Below, one piece after another: positions 15,052 through 27,939 of a DNA stretch of 64,000 nt. The DNA is taken from assembly GCF_006345805.1 (NCBI RefSeq), contig NC_043007.1:65162001-65226000 (forward strand). The letters are read 5' to 3'. Source of the stretch: Octopus sinensis (taxonomy: Eukaryota). The position numbers were made by a program, and so were the translations under genes. The notes below the pieces were generated by a model. That model had not been told where the DNA came from. It ran no database searches and saw nothing but the letters and a program-made list of their open reading frames with translations. The first letter of the stretch is position 1; every line of letters begins with the position of its first letter.

Positions 15052-15480
15052 TATATTCTTTTATTCTTTTACTTGTTTCTGTCATTTGACTGTGGCCATG
15101 CTGGAGCACCGCCTTAAAGAGTTTTAGTCGAAGAAATCGACCCCAGGACTTATTCATTGTAAGCCTAGTACTTATTCTCTTTTGCCGAACCGAGAAGTTA
15201 CGGGAACATAAACACACCACTATCGGTTGTCAAGCAATGGCGGATGTACAAACACAGGCATACACACACATCAATGCACACACACATAAATACACACACA
15301 CACACACACACACACACAACACACACACACACACGGGCTAGTTTCAGTTTCTGTCTACCGAATCCACTCACAAGGCTTTGCTCGACCCACTTGCTCAAGG
15401 TGCCACAGGACAGAATAAGACTGAACCCGGAACCATGTAATTGGAAGCTAGCTTCTTAGCATACAACCATGCCTGTGCCT
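15052..15480 (-). mobile_element. tRNA-derived CORE-type SINE with internal (TG)n
   Basis: Reverse complement of the family at 20258-20734 (ggttccgggttcagtc...ggcaccttgagcaagt...ggcggtgctccagcatggcc). Confidence 0.85.
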
Positions 15481-16085
15481 ATATATGAGTGTGTGTGTGA
15501 GTGCGCGCGTATGTATGTATGTATGTATGTATGTATGTTGTGCTCGCGCGTGTGGGTGTGTGTATGTGCGTGTGTGTGTGTGTGCGTATATGTATGTATG
15601 TATGTAGCTATAATGAGATTAATATTTCTTTTTCGCTTCACTTCCTGCCAATTAATTTTATTTCCTTCGAAAATTTTAAGACTTTCTGTGCCTGTATATA
15701 AATAAATTAAGGAACAACCCCTTTGTTTCTTCTGACTAACTATATTATTATTACAAATAAGGGTGTGCGTGCGCATGCGTGTGTGACTCTGTGAATGCTA
15801 GTGTGTGTGTGTGTGTTATTATTCTATCACCTCACAAGTGGAGGTGCTGTCAGAATCTCTAGATCGTCGGACAGGATGCTTAGTGACATCTCTTCTAGGT
15901 TTACGTTGCTATACTTCGGATTAAATCAGGTAGTCTTACTTTAATAATGTCTTCTATACAGTGATGGACGATTAATGATGCAAATAAATAATATTAATGT
16001 CGCAACACAACTTAAAATTTAAAAAAAAGAGGGATAAAAAGCAATAAATAGGGAGCAACAAGTGCCAGTATCATATAAATATATA

Positions 16086-16307
16086 TTTCTTTACTACCCA
16101 CAAGGGGCTAAACATAGAGGAGACAAACAAGGACAGACAAAGGGATTAAGTCAATTACATCGACCCCATTCCGAAACTGGTACTTTATTTAACGAGCCCG
16201 AAAGGACGAAAGGCAAAGTCGACCTCGGCGGAATTTGAACCCAGAACGTAATGGCAGACGAAATACGGCTACGCATTTCGCCCGGCGTGCTAACGTTTCT
16301 GCCAGCT
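16086..16307 (-). mobile_element. tRNA-derived SINE, family 2 (gagctggcagaa head)
   Basis: Reverse complement of the copy at 50803-51032; B-box gggttcaaattcc. Confidence 0.9.
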
Positions 16308-16709
16308 AAACTCCTGACTGAAGAGGAGTAATTCAAAATTTAAATTTCCGCGGTGATGCGTACTGCAATCGCACTGGCATTGTCTCCCCGTGAAAGTGAG
16401 AGTGACACAGGCCAATTACATTTTATCCAGAAAGTAAGTGTATGTAGGTCTATAAAGGTTGATTGTGGATTCAGAAAGCTTGAAGCAAACTGCAAACACA
16501 TTTATGTATTCAATACATGCCTTAGTGGCAAGCCGTCTCTCTGTCTTTCTCTCTCTCTCTACACACACACACAAACACATACACACATACACGCATGTGG
16601 GAAACAGATGTGTATATGTTATTATAATATGTTAATACATATTCTACAAAATATATATATGTCCATTCATATATACACATACATGGGAGAGTAGCTATAA
16701 ACATATATG

Positions 16710-16743
<34 letters not shown>

Positions 16744-17129
16744 AGGGTATAGTGTACTTTAACGTATACAATAAAGAACAATATGTGAGTATTAGTGTGT
16801 GCGTGCGCGCGCGCACACACACACATACAGACTGACACACCTACCCAAACACCGACACGCACACACCCACACACACTCACACACACATATCTATAATGTT
16901 AATTATGCCTAGACGCATTATAGTACTATTGATCCTATAATAATTATACATGCACATACTCATTCTCACGCACACATACACATACATCCATTTGGTTACA
17001 CATACACACACAGAAAAACATATACACACACAAACACATACACTCATACACACACACTTAGGTCATAGATAAATACTAACCCGGGCACGCTCTCTCTTTC
17101 CTCTCTCTCTCTCTCTTTTCTCTCTCTCT

Positions 17130-17160
<31 letters not shown>

Positions 17161-17888
17161 AGAAGCACTACCTTTTTTCTTTCTCTCCTTCTTGCTCTCC
17201 CCACTCTCTCTCTCTCTTTCCTTCTCTGTCCACCACTTTCTTAACTTTAGCCAACGAACGACGGAAGTAAACATCAACAAGATCATACACGTCAAATTCA
17301 TGAACTACACAATGTCACTAATTATTGTTGGATCAATAATATTAAGCCAGCGGAGATGAGGCGAGTACTTTAGTTTCTACCAGCTCCATCACCTAACCTT
17401 TCTATCAAGAATGAATGACTGGCGAAGTGTATGTGGTGGTGGTGGTGGTGGTGGTGGTGGTAGTCGCCGTCGTTGTCGGGAAATACCCGATGTCGCCTGC
17501 TGCATGGAAACTTAATAGTAAAGTACTTCGCTTGCTACATCTAATATGCTGGCGTCCATTTTATACTATTATAAATTAGCGACCGATAGAGTAAGAAATA
17601 GCAGCAAAATCTACCTAAAAAAACAAACAAACCAAAAACACTGGACAATCGCTAAAAGCAAGAAGTTTTCACGAGTGGATACCTTTGGGCATAGGTTTCT
17701 TTGATTTTGGTAATTTTCCCCACCGTATACCCACTAAAATAACCAACTTTCGTTCCATATTTTCGACAGTTACATTGAATTAACCATTGATTCACTGCCA
17801 TTCAATCCTAGATTCGCCAAAATTAATTTAAATAATGGTATATGTATATATATATATATATAGATATATATATATATATATATATAGG

Positions 17889-19005
17889 GAGATAAATAAA
17901 ATATATGCATACATACAAACATATATGTTACGTACCTACATCTACATGTATATATACATGCATATATAATAATTATACGGGAGTACAGGACATCACAATA
18001 AGACGTAGAAACGGAAAAATCCAAAAAACAAAAAACACGAAAACGGAAAACGAAAAAACAAGAAAACGAAAACAAATACAGACGAGCTACAACAAGGACA
18101 AAACCCCCGTCATCAGCTGTCGCTAGAGGAGTCAGGCATGTTTCGAAGGCATAACAGAACACTAATCCAATGGCCTTCCTGCGAGAGAATTAAAATAAAA
18201 TTCCAAGCAGCGGGGCAAATGAGTACGAACACAAACCAGACGTAACAATAAACTGCAAAATTAAAATACATGTACAAAAAACAACACAAGAGACGAACGA
18301 AAAAGCCTTTTTTCTGGCATAGACAAACGATAAAACTGCAAAAATAAAAATACAGGTACAAAAAGTACAATTAGTTACAAAACGAGAAAATAACAAGAAT
18401 ACTATACAGGAAATCAACCACACAAGGGGACGAACGAAGAAGCCTTTTGCTGGCAAGGACGAAAGTGTATATAGCAGCGCGTGGAGGCAGTCTTTTCAAT
18501 AGTGGGAACCACGTGTAAAGGAATTTTGTTTTATAGGCAAGAAGAGGGGAGGAGGGGGACACGCGGCGAAGAGAGAGGAGGAGTGGGAGGGAGAAAGAGT
18601 GAAGAGGTTAAAGCAAAGGGAGAGAGTACGCTCTTCAATATAATAATATAAATATAAAAAAAGGGACCAAGAAGTGGATCGAAACGACGAATCGGAACGA
18701 ACCTGATGCGGGGCGCTGTCAGACAATAAGTGATAAATAAAAATATATGCATACATACAAACATATATGTACGTACCTACATCTACATGTATATATCATG
18801 CATATATAAATAATTATACGGGAGTACAGGACATCACAAAAGACGTAGAAACGGAAACAGCCAAAAAACAAGAACAAGAACACGGAAAACGATAAAACAG
18901 GAAAAACGAAAAACAAATACAGACGATCTACACAAGGACAAACCCCCGTCATCAGCTGTCGCTAGAGGAGTCAGGCATGTTTCGAAGGCATAACAGAACA
19001 CTAAT
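17889..19005 (-). mobile_element. Non-coding element in (TA)n: 1.33 tandem copies of an ~840-bp unit, giving ~275-bp terminal direct repeats with hammerhead-like boxes
   Basis: 17891-18166 repeats at 18732-19005; both outer flanks are (TA)n; minus strand has CCTTC-GAAA-CATG...CTGATGA-C-GGGGG in each repeat. Confidence 0.75.
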
Positions 19006-19451
19006 ATATATATATTATATATATATATATATATATGATTTTGAAAGCAGATGTATTGATGCCGTTATTAATGGTATTAATAAGGTAATAATAAGGTGGC
19101 CAGCAAGTTCATACCGTTACAGACACAAGATAAGGCAAATTTAGAATCAGTAAGGCATATAATACCACTTGCTAAAATCAGAGGCAAGGCTCCAAGGCTC
19201 TAAAATCACCATAAACTCACAATAATGATATACACGAGCATTGCAAAGAACATATTAGAAATAGGCTTGTCTTTGCGTTGAATACATCAGTTAGTAATGT
19301 GTATTTCAATACAAATTGTTTTCACCCTCTGTATGACCAACATACTCTGGGCTCTTCAGTTTGAAATAACATTTTAACATATATTTCTAAAATTCACTAC
19401 ATTAGCACGTGCGCGTTCCTTTCTTTATACATACATACATACATACATACA

Positions 19452-19539
<88 letters not shown>

Positions 19540-19745
19540 TCCTGTTTTGCTATAAGGTGCAGTGGACTCATGGTTGAGTGGCTGAATTATTTTACGCAAT
19601 GCCTGAGCAAATATTGAAACTATATATATCCTATCCTCAGTCGATTACAATTTTAAAGGCGTTGCTCCAGCACGGCCGCAGTAAAATGACTGAAACAAAT
19701 AAAAGAATATATATACACACATACATACATACATACATACATACA

Positions 19746-19781
<36 letters not shown>

Positions 19782-20163
19782 TATTTGTGTGTGTGCGTGT
19801 GCACGTGTGAGAGTGTAACACACACGCATACATAAAATAGAAATAACTATTTCTGAAGACAACGTGGTGCAAAGCAACTTGTTTAATAAACCTGGATATG
19901 ATATCCAATTGTATCAAATTCCGTGCTATATCATAATATTATATTATAACGCAATGGAAAAGAAATAGCACAGGAAAATAATCAGGCACACATACATACA
20001 TACATTCATACAGGTACATGCAACAAACAGTACACACGCAACAAACAGCACACGCGCATGCACACATACACACACATACACACACGCACACACAACATGC
20101 ATACATAAATACGTGTATGTACATTAATCTATGATTAGCTGAATTTATGCATATATCTATACA

Positions 20164-20486
20164 CAGTAATCCCTCGCAATATCGCGGTTCACCTAGCTTA
20201 CGTCGATACCTCCATGGTGTTGTTTTGCATTTATAATAAAATAAATATATACAAATGGGCGCAGGAGTGGCTGTGTGGTAAGTAGCTTGCTTACCAACCA
20301 CATGGTTCCGGGTTCAGTCCCACTGCGTGGCACCTTGGGCAGGTGTCTTCTACTATAGCCTCGGGTGAACCAAAGCCTTGTGAGTGGATTTGTAGACGGA
20401 AACTGAAAGAAGCCCGTCGTATATATGTATGATATATTATATAATTATATATATATGTGTGTGTGTGGTGTGTGTGTGTGTGTGTG

Positions 20487-20518
<32 letters not shown>

Positions 20519-20848
20519 TGTGTGTCTGTGTTTGTCCCCCTAGCATTGCTTGACAACCGATGCTGGTGTGTTTATGTCCCCGTCACTTAGCGCTTCGGCA
20601 AAAGAGACCGGTAGAATAAGTACTGGGCTTACAAAAGAATAAGTCCCGGGGTCGAGTTAATCGATTAAAGGCGCTGCTCCAGCATGGCCGCAGTCAAATG
20701 ACTGAAACAAGTAAAAGAGTAAAGAGTAAAGAGTAAATTACAAAAATAATTTTTAAAATATACAGTACACTACTGTTTCTACTTTGCGGATTTTCACATA
20801 CCGCGGGGGTTTTGGAGCGTAACACCCGCGATAGTGGAGGGATTACTA
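20164..20848. mobile_element. pogo/Tigger-like MITE interrupted by a SINE
   Basis: TIRs cagtaatccctcgcaatatcgcgg (20164) and ccgcgatagtggagggattacta (ends 20848, followed by TA). Confidence 0.8.
20258..20734 (+). mobile_element. Full-length tRNA-derived CORE-type SINE
   Basis: A box TGGCTGTGTGG, B box GGTTCAGTCCC, CORE-like ggcaccttgggcag, internal (TA)/(GT)n, (AAAGAGT)n tail. Confidence 0.9.
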
Positions 20849-21326
20849 TATAGCAATACAAAGTGCTACATGGGATGATTCTTTCTTGTATTGCAGAATC
20901 TACTGTAAAGATCTTCAAGTCTAATTTTGGATGCATTGCTTTGCTAACTCCTGAAGCTTTCACTGTAAAATGTTTCCTATTGATATTTTGCATTGTTCCT
21001 TCATTTGCCAGTTCAAAAATATCATTCTCATTTGTTCTTGTTTTCATTTTCCTTGTTGTTGTTGGTTCGGTCGGCATTAGTGGTGGTGGCAGCGCTGGTG
21101 GTCGTATTGGTGATGTTGGAGGTGCTGATGGTTGTGGTGATGTCACTTTGTTGGCACAAGGAAGGCACATTAAGACAACTTCTCCAACTTCTAATCTCAC
21201 TCCCGTGACTTTCCGATCTAAAAATTCTACAATGTATTTTCGTAAAATTCTTGAAGAACCTTCTAAATCCCCCAAAACTAACCACAAATTCTGCCCAGAA
21301 GGATGAAAATACATTTGATCTGGAAT
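20849..21326 (-). CDS. Candidate coding exon of an unrecognised gene (frame ambiguous)
   Basis: Acceptor ttctgtgttttacatcag| before 21326; non-repetitive, higher GC. Phase-0 frame IPDQMYFHPSGQNLWLVLGDLEG...PQPSAPPTSPIRPPALPPP is open into the MITE; phase-1 frame SRSNVFSSFWAEF...TTT..NKNK stops at 21028. Confidence 0.5.
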
Positions 21327-21387
21327 CTGATGTAAAACACAGAACTAAGTTTTTGAACGTATATCGTTGCTGACTTAAAATAATATT

Positions 21388-21580
21388 GGTCTCAAATTTT
21401 GGCACCAGGCCAGCAATTTCGGGAGAGAGAATAAGTCCATTACACAAACCCCATGTTCAACTGGTACTTACTTTATCGACTCTGAGAGGACGAAAAGTAA
21501 AGTCAATCTCAGCGGAATTTGAACACAAAACGCAAAGACGAACGAAAAGCCGCTAAGCATTTTTCCGGTCTGCTAACAAC
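21388..21580 (-). mobile_element. SINE family 2 copy
   Basis: ctggtacttactttatcgac...gcggaatttgaac matches the family. Confidence 0.8.
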
Positions 21581-21621
21581 TCAACAATATAATATTAACA
21601 ACAAAAACAATGGTAGTGATA

Positions 21622-21685
<64 letters not shown>

Positions 21686-23291
21686 GATGAATTTACCTAG
21701 AACCGGCAGTGTTACAAGAAGACACTGCTAAGACATAGATTTCTTAGAAGTTATCCACATGAGTGTCACTTTATATTTTTTCCTACTTTTATCTGCATTG
21801 AATATTGTTAGTTTTGGTCAACCAAGTAGAATTTACTTCATTGGGGAAGTCTAAATTAGCCGAAATGTGCCCATTTCTTTCAGCCAGCTTTTGGCATTAA
21901 TAACCAGATACATAATAATCCGCACTGTCTATATGTCCTCAAAATTTCGATCAACTTAACTTTGTGAAATTATAGACAACTTTAAATTTTAAACAAATCT
22001 ATACATGTGGTTGGTTTGTTGAGAACTGCTATTTATAGGGAGGACTTGTGGACTACTTAAGGGGAGATAATCGCTTTTAAGTTTGCTTTTTGTTTTTTGC
22101 ATTATGTTGACAAATCTTTATCAAGGAGTGCAAAGAGAGAAAAGCACAAACATTATTTCCATATAATTCTTTTATTAAATTTTCGGCTAGTCGTTAATAA
22201 TATAATTTTATCGTCGTCCTGAGCTCTTCAGCAGGACAAACCAATACGTAATTTTACCTAATAATTTTTTCAATAATGACAGATGACAGAAAATGTTTAA
22301 CTCATATTCATATGTGAAAATATAGATATTTATAGTTGATACACTACTGTATTGTGCGGATTCTTATAGAACTTTTTCCATTTTGAAGTTAATTTAATAT
22401 TTTATTTTTTATTTCTATAGAAATCTCCTTCTTCGGTGGCTTTTAGCTGAACATCTAGTCTGTCATTTAATCCAGAGAATAATTCACTAAATATATGAAA
22501 AAAAAAAACGAACCACAAACATAACTAAAGAATTTAAATTACTACTTCTCTCAATTATTGAAAAATAAAGAACATATATATATATATATATACTTTGGAA
22601 ATGAAACAATAATCTCCGAATCAGATAGATACAACGGAAGCTATTTCTATATATAACATGTAAATTACGTATGTATGCGTATATATATATATATATATAT
22701 CATATACATATATATATATACATACATATATATAAACCATATACATAATATATATATTATTATATATATATATATATATATATATTAAACTCTACACATA
22801 GTATATATATATGTGTGTGTATATATATATTATATATATTATATATATAATATGTATGTGTGGTGTGTGTCTGCGTCTGTGTGTTGTATGAGTGTTCAAC
22901 GCACGAACGCATGTAATGTAAGTATGTATGTATGTATGTATGTATGTATGTATGTATGTATGTATGTATGTATGTATGTTTGTATGTATATATGTATGCC
23001 GGCCCAAAGAAAGTGGGGAAATGATAGAACGTTAAAAATTGCTAAGCTTCAGAAATACGTGCACATATATGCTCAAGCACACAGATTTTACAAATCAGAT
23101 TCAATCTTGATTCAATGTGAATACCAAAAGGATTATTGTATTAACCTTGAAAATCAAAATGATCGATCTTCGTCATGGCTATTCGCTCGTATAATCCATT
23201 AATTTGTTTTTTTTTATTTATGATTTCTTTTGGCGTGATGCACTCCTCTCTCCATATTTGATTCTGTACATGTATATGTGTGTGTGCATAT

Positions 23292-23356
<65 letters not shown>

Positions 23357-23384
23357 GGTGTGTGTATGCATATATGCATATATA

Positions 23385-23460
<76 letters not shown>

Positions 23461-23625
23461 TATATATATATATGTATGTATGTATGTATATATATGTGTG
23501 TGTATTATGTGTGTGTATGTATGTATGTATGTATGTATATTATAAATAAATACATATCATACATAAATACATACACACATATATATATGCATATATATGT
23601 GTTCACATATGTATATATATACGTA

Positions 23626-23666
<41 letters not shown>

Positions 23667-23759
23667 AACACACACAAACACACAACACACACACCTATAT
23701 ATATATTTATATATATGCACGTATGTAAGTCAAGATAATGTATTAAAGTAAAAGCAGCG

Positions 23760-24728
23760 TTGAATAATTACATCATTTTTTATATGGTCTCTTTGCTTTA
23801 GAAGCAGTTTTTCCAGCGGACCACAAACCTGCTTATTCTACTTCTTGCGCTTCTTCATTCGTAGTAAGCCGACAAGTTGACAACTTCTTAAAGAATGTTT
23901 CAGCTCTCGAAAAAGCTTATAGCCAGAAGGGGCGAGATCTGGAACGTATGCAGGATGTTCCATCAACTCGAAATCAAATTTTTCAATGGTTTCAACTCTG
24001 TGGGCAGCCGTATGTGAAGGTGCTCTGTCGTGCAATAATAATATTTGCTTTGATAATAGACCTCGGCATTTGGTGCGAATTACTAGCTTCAGTTTGTTGG
24101 TCAGCATTTCACTGTAGCGTACAATGGTGACTATAGACCCCTCTTCCAGATAATTTTCAAGTATTGGGTCCCCCAAACTGGTTAACATTATTTTTCTCTG
24201 CGGAAGGGTAAGTCTTGGATTTCTTTTTCGCTGGAGTTTCCAGGTATTTCCATCCATGCTGATTTGTGGCTCAAAGGGACGGACCCAAGTTTGATCTCTT
24301 CTCACTGTTCTCTTCAGAAAAAGCTTCACATTCATCGGTTGAGAAAGCGTTGACATATCTCCACATCATTGCCCTTATGCGCTTCAGTAAGCTCGCTTGG
24401 CACCCATCTCTGAAGGGCATAACGGAAGCTAAACATGTGGATGGTTTCGTATTCGGAACCATAACTAATTTGCATAGATCTCATTTCTTGGATGATCACG
24501 CATGTGTTCGCCAGAGCCAATTCTCGAGTTTATAGCATTTTCACGTCTGCAGTGAAGGTTGGTCGGTTCCAGCTTTCTCTTCATGTTTCACGCTTTTCCG
24601 TTCAATTTTAAATTTCTCGATCCACTCATACGCACTTGCAATGAATTTCAGCCCCTAAGGCACCTTAAGAGAAATCAGATCACTAATCTCTACTCCGCCT
24701 TGGTGCACTCTGCTAGAGGAGCGGCCAT
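23760..24728 (-). pseudogene. mariner-family (D,D34D-type) transposase pseudogene
   Basis: Start MAAPLAECTKAE at 24728; VYEWIEKFK; RWVPSELTEAHK; RDQTWV (GDETW); LLHDRAPSH (HDNARPH); HPAYVPDLAPSGYKLF (YSPDLAPSD); stops, frameshifts, internal deletion; TIRs not identified. Confidence 0.92.
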
Positions 24729-24874
24729 GTTTACTAAGTAACACAATAAAGGATACTGGAGTGATTGAAGTCAAACCTCGGTTGCATAACCACAAGGGTG
24801 TCATCTTTTATTACGCGAGCTTTGAAGGTATGCAACTAGGGTAAAGGAAAGTCTTGGCGAGAGTGCTGATAACA

Positions 24875-25122
24875 TTTGTTTTAAAATTTGGGATTCCATA
24901 GACAGTATCTTACATAGGATATGGGCAGTGCCCATGAGCACTATCTCTTGAATTTCTGCCATTTTCGGGTTTCCTGGTATCTGAGCTAGGTAGGAGTCAG
25001 CTCCTTTTGCTATCATTCTTAGGGCACCTATGACAACAGGTACTGTTTTAGTCGTGAGGTTCCACATTTTGCCAAATTCTATTTCAAGATTTTTATATTT
25101 GCTCAGTTTTAGGAAGGTCTTG
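24875..25122 (-). mobile_element. R4/Dong LINE 3' fragment
   Basis: SKYKNLEIE..KMWNLTTKTVPVVIGAL..EIQEIVLMGTAHILCKIL; 5' end abuts (TAA)n at 25125. Confidence 0.85.
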
Positions 25123-25139
25123 ATTTATTATTATTATTA

Positions 25140-25188
<49 letters not shown>

Positions 25189-25211
25189 TTGCTTATTATT
25201 ATTATCATTAT

Positions 25212-25530
25212 TGAATGAGAAAGCAGCGCATGCATCAAAGTGACACTGAGCTACAAATAAACATAGCGTAATACACCCATCAAGACTATACGACAGATTA
25301 GGGTACACCAGATACATGTATCCCAACCATACGTGCGCGACGCGGTGATCTGATATCAAAATAAACAATGCATGACCTTGCAGGTGGATTCAAGTTAGAA
25401 TTTTCTTCAGGTCGAGTAGCCAGTCTCGCTCAAAAGGTCTCTGAATAAAGTTTGCTTAAGGATGATGAACAAAACGTATGTTTCTAAAGGTCAATTATTC
25501 AAACCCCAAAGAATTCCTCTCAATATATGG
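25212..25530 (-). mobile_element. Older diverged partial copy of the 556-bp (TAA)n-associated element
   Basis: Colinear with 31094-31415 (catcaaagtgacactg...catgaccttgcaggtgg...attcaaaccccaaagaat). Confidence 0.85.
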
Positions 25531-25797
25531 CGACGAAAAGCCATACATGTGATAAAGGAAGGTGGTACGGCAATTTGCTCGAGGATTCCCCGTCCTCCCC
25601 ACCATGATTGGCTGTAGACAGCAAGAAGTATAGAAGAAGAAGAAGAAGAAGAAGAAGAAGAAGAAGAAGAAGAAGAAGAAGAAGAAGAAGAAGAAGAAGA
25701 AGAAGAAGAAGAAGAAGAAGAAGAAGAAGAAGAAGAAGAAGAAGAAGAAGAAGAAGAAGAAGAAAAGAAGAAGAAGAAGAAGAAGAAGAAGAAGAAG
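25531..25797 (+). mobile_element. Putative RTE-like 3' end with long (GAA)n tail
   Basis: ~100 bp unique sequence followed by ~165 bp (GAA)n; family assignment is inference. Confidence 0.45.
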
Positions 25798-26294
25798 GTA
25801 GAGGAAGGGAGCAATGAAGTCTTCCTCATTGAATAGAAATCGTAGTAGCACGCGAAACAATACTGAAAGCAACTGCGGCGAAGAACCTAACTAAAATGGT
25901 GTTAGAAGTGGGAAAGGAACTGTTACAAATATCACGGAAGCTAAGGAATTGGCTAACATCTCACTGGATAACAAAATAGAAAAACTAAACAAGACAGCAA
26001 AATATATAAAAATGAATGGAAGGGGGGCAGAACTGATGCCTCCTCGCGACGTGCTCGAAGCAACAGCCAAATGGACAATTGTCTATAGGTGCGTGAACAC
26101 AAAGAGAAGGAAATTCGAAAATACTAAACGCGGCCAGATGGAAAAAGCCTTGAAAGACATATGGCAAGATATCCATCACATTGCGAGACCGAGTTAGTAC
26201 GGTGGAGTAGAGGTACTTTTTAAGACCGAGGTGCAGGCGATACAGTCCTTGGTGACCACGCGTCGCATCGAGGAAATCGTGTTCTTCCCAACGT

Positions 26295-26812
26295 GTGGGG
26301 AATGCTATCAAACACCTTTCGGTAGTCGATCCAGGCCATACTGAGGCCTCGCTTATTTCTGCGGTTGTCTTCAGTTATGGCTTTATTGATCATTAGTTGA
26401 TCTTTACAGCCATATGAGCCCTTGCAGCATCCTTTCTGCTATTCCGGGAACAGGTTGTTTTCGTCCAGGTGCTTGTTCAATCTTTGCGATATTACTGCAG
26501 TAAGGGCTTTGTACATTGTAGGGAGACAGGTTATAGGTCTGTAGTTTTGTGGTTTTGCTGTTTCATTGGATTTGGGAATTAAGGTGGTTTTCCCTTTCGT
26601 GAGCCATTCAGGCATTGTCTCTGGCTCTGCCAGTATGGCGTTAAAGTTTTCAGCCAGCTTTTTGTGCATTCCTGTCAGATATTTAAACCAGAAGTTGGGG
26701 ATCTTGTCATGCCCAGGTGCCTTCCAGTTGCTTAGTCTTTGCAGTGCCTGGGTGACCTCTTCAATTGTTATGGGGGTCCAGAGTTGCTCAGGTGCTAAGT
26801 TTGCTGTTTTAA
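26295..26812 (-). mobile_element. R4/Dong LINE RT fragment, well preserved
   Basis: ITIEEVTQALQRLSNWKAPGHDKIPNFWFK...PEWLTKGKTTLIPK...NYRPITCLPTMYK...*QKGC..GSYGCKDQLMINK...AWIDYRKVFDSIP; starts directly at (TAA/CAA)n 26814-27018. Confidence 0.92.
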
Positions 26813-26813
26813 T

Positions 26814-26906
<93 letters not shown>

Positions 26907-26917
26907 ATTATTATCAC

Positions 26918-26980
<63 letters not shown>

Positions 26981-27017
26981 TACTACTATTATTATTATTA
27001 TTACTATTATTATTATT

Positions 27018-27500
27018 AAGGTGATGAGCTGGCAGAATCGCTAGCACGCTGGGTGGAATGCTTAACGGTATTTCGTCCGCCGCTGCGTTCTGAGTTCAAA
27101 TTCCGCCGAGGTCGACTTTGCCTTTCATCTTTTCGGGGTCGATAAATTAAGTACCAGTGACGCACTGGGGTCGATGTAATCGACTTAATCCGTTTGTCTG
27201 TACTTGTTTGTCCCTTCTATGTTTAGCCCCTTGTGGGCATTAAGGAAATGGGTATTTCGCCTGTCGCTACATTTTGAATTCAAATTTCGCCCAGGTCGAC
27301 TTTGCCTTTCATCCTTTAGGGTTGGTAAATTAAGTACCAATGAAACATTGGGGTCGATGTAATCGACCAGTTCCCTCCCCCAAAATTTCAGACCTTGTGT
27401 GTTTAGTTGAGAGGATTATTATTATTGTTATTATTAAGGCGGTGAGCTGGCAGAATCATTTACACGCCGAACATATTGTGTAGCGGTATTTCTTCTGATC
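27018..27500 (+). mobile_element. Cluster of three SINE family 2 copies/fragments
   Basis: gagctggcagaatc heads near 27025 and 27444; repeated gtcgactttgcctttcatc at 27111 and 27296. Confidence 0.9.
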
Positions 27501-27553
27501 CTAGGCTCTAAGACCAAATGACGCCATGGTCAGCCTTATCTTTTATCGTTTCA

Positions 27554-27939
27554 CTAGCAGTATCGCCCGGCGTTGCTCGGGTTTCTTTCGACCCGCTGGA
27601 ATTGGAATTTTTGAAAAGTAAAAAATGTGCATTATGTAGCTTATTATTCTCTTCAAGTGAACATTTTTCTGGTTGAAATACACCGAAAAGTGGCGACACA
27701 GCAGTGAAAAAATCGTAAAAAATAGGGGTTTTCATAGAAAAAAGCACCTTTTTGATGTAAATAATTTTTGGTGTTAACATGGTCCGATTTGAATTTTATC
27801 TTCTACGGAAGGAAGAGCAACCCTTCTATCATACTCTCAATTTTCGTCAACTTGCGCCGCAGGGTCTCGGAGGAGATAGTGTTAGTTGAAGGCTACCAAA
27901 CCTGGCACACACAGACAACTTCAGCTTTATATAGAGAGA
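27554..27939 (-). mobile_element. Non-autonomous Helitron
   Basis: Minus strand A|TC start (27939), 3' hairpin CCCG agcaacgc CGGG, CTAG|T end (27554); AT target without TSD. Confidence 0.85.

Noticed and set aside
17255-17565. ETS (CGGAAGT) and YY1-like motifs suggesting a promoter
   Set aside because: Isolated short motifs with no associated exon
20258-20332. tRNA genes at SINE heads (also 42095 and 50803)
   Set aside because: A/B boxes continue into SINE bodies and tails; no complete cloverleaf
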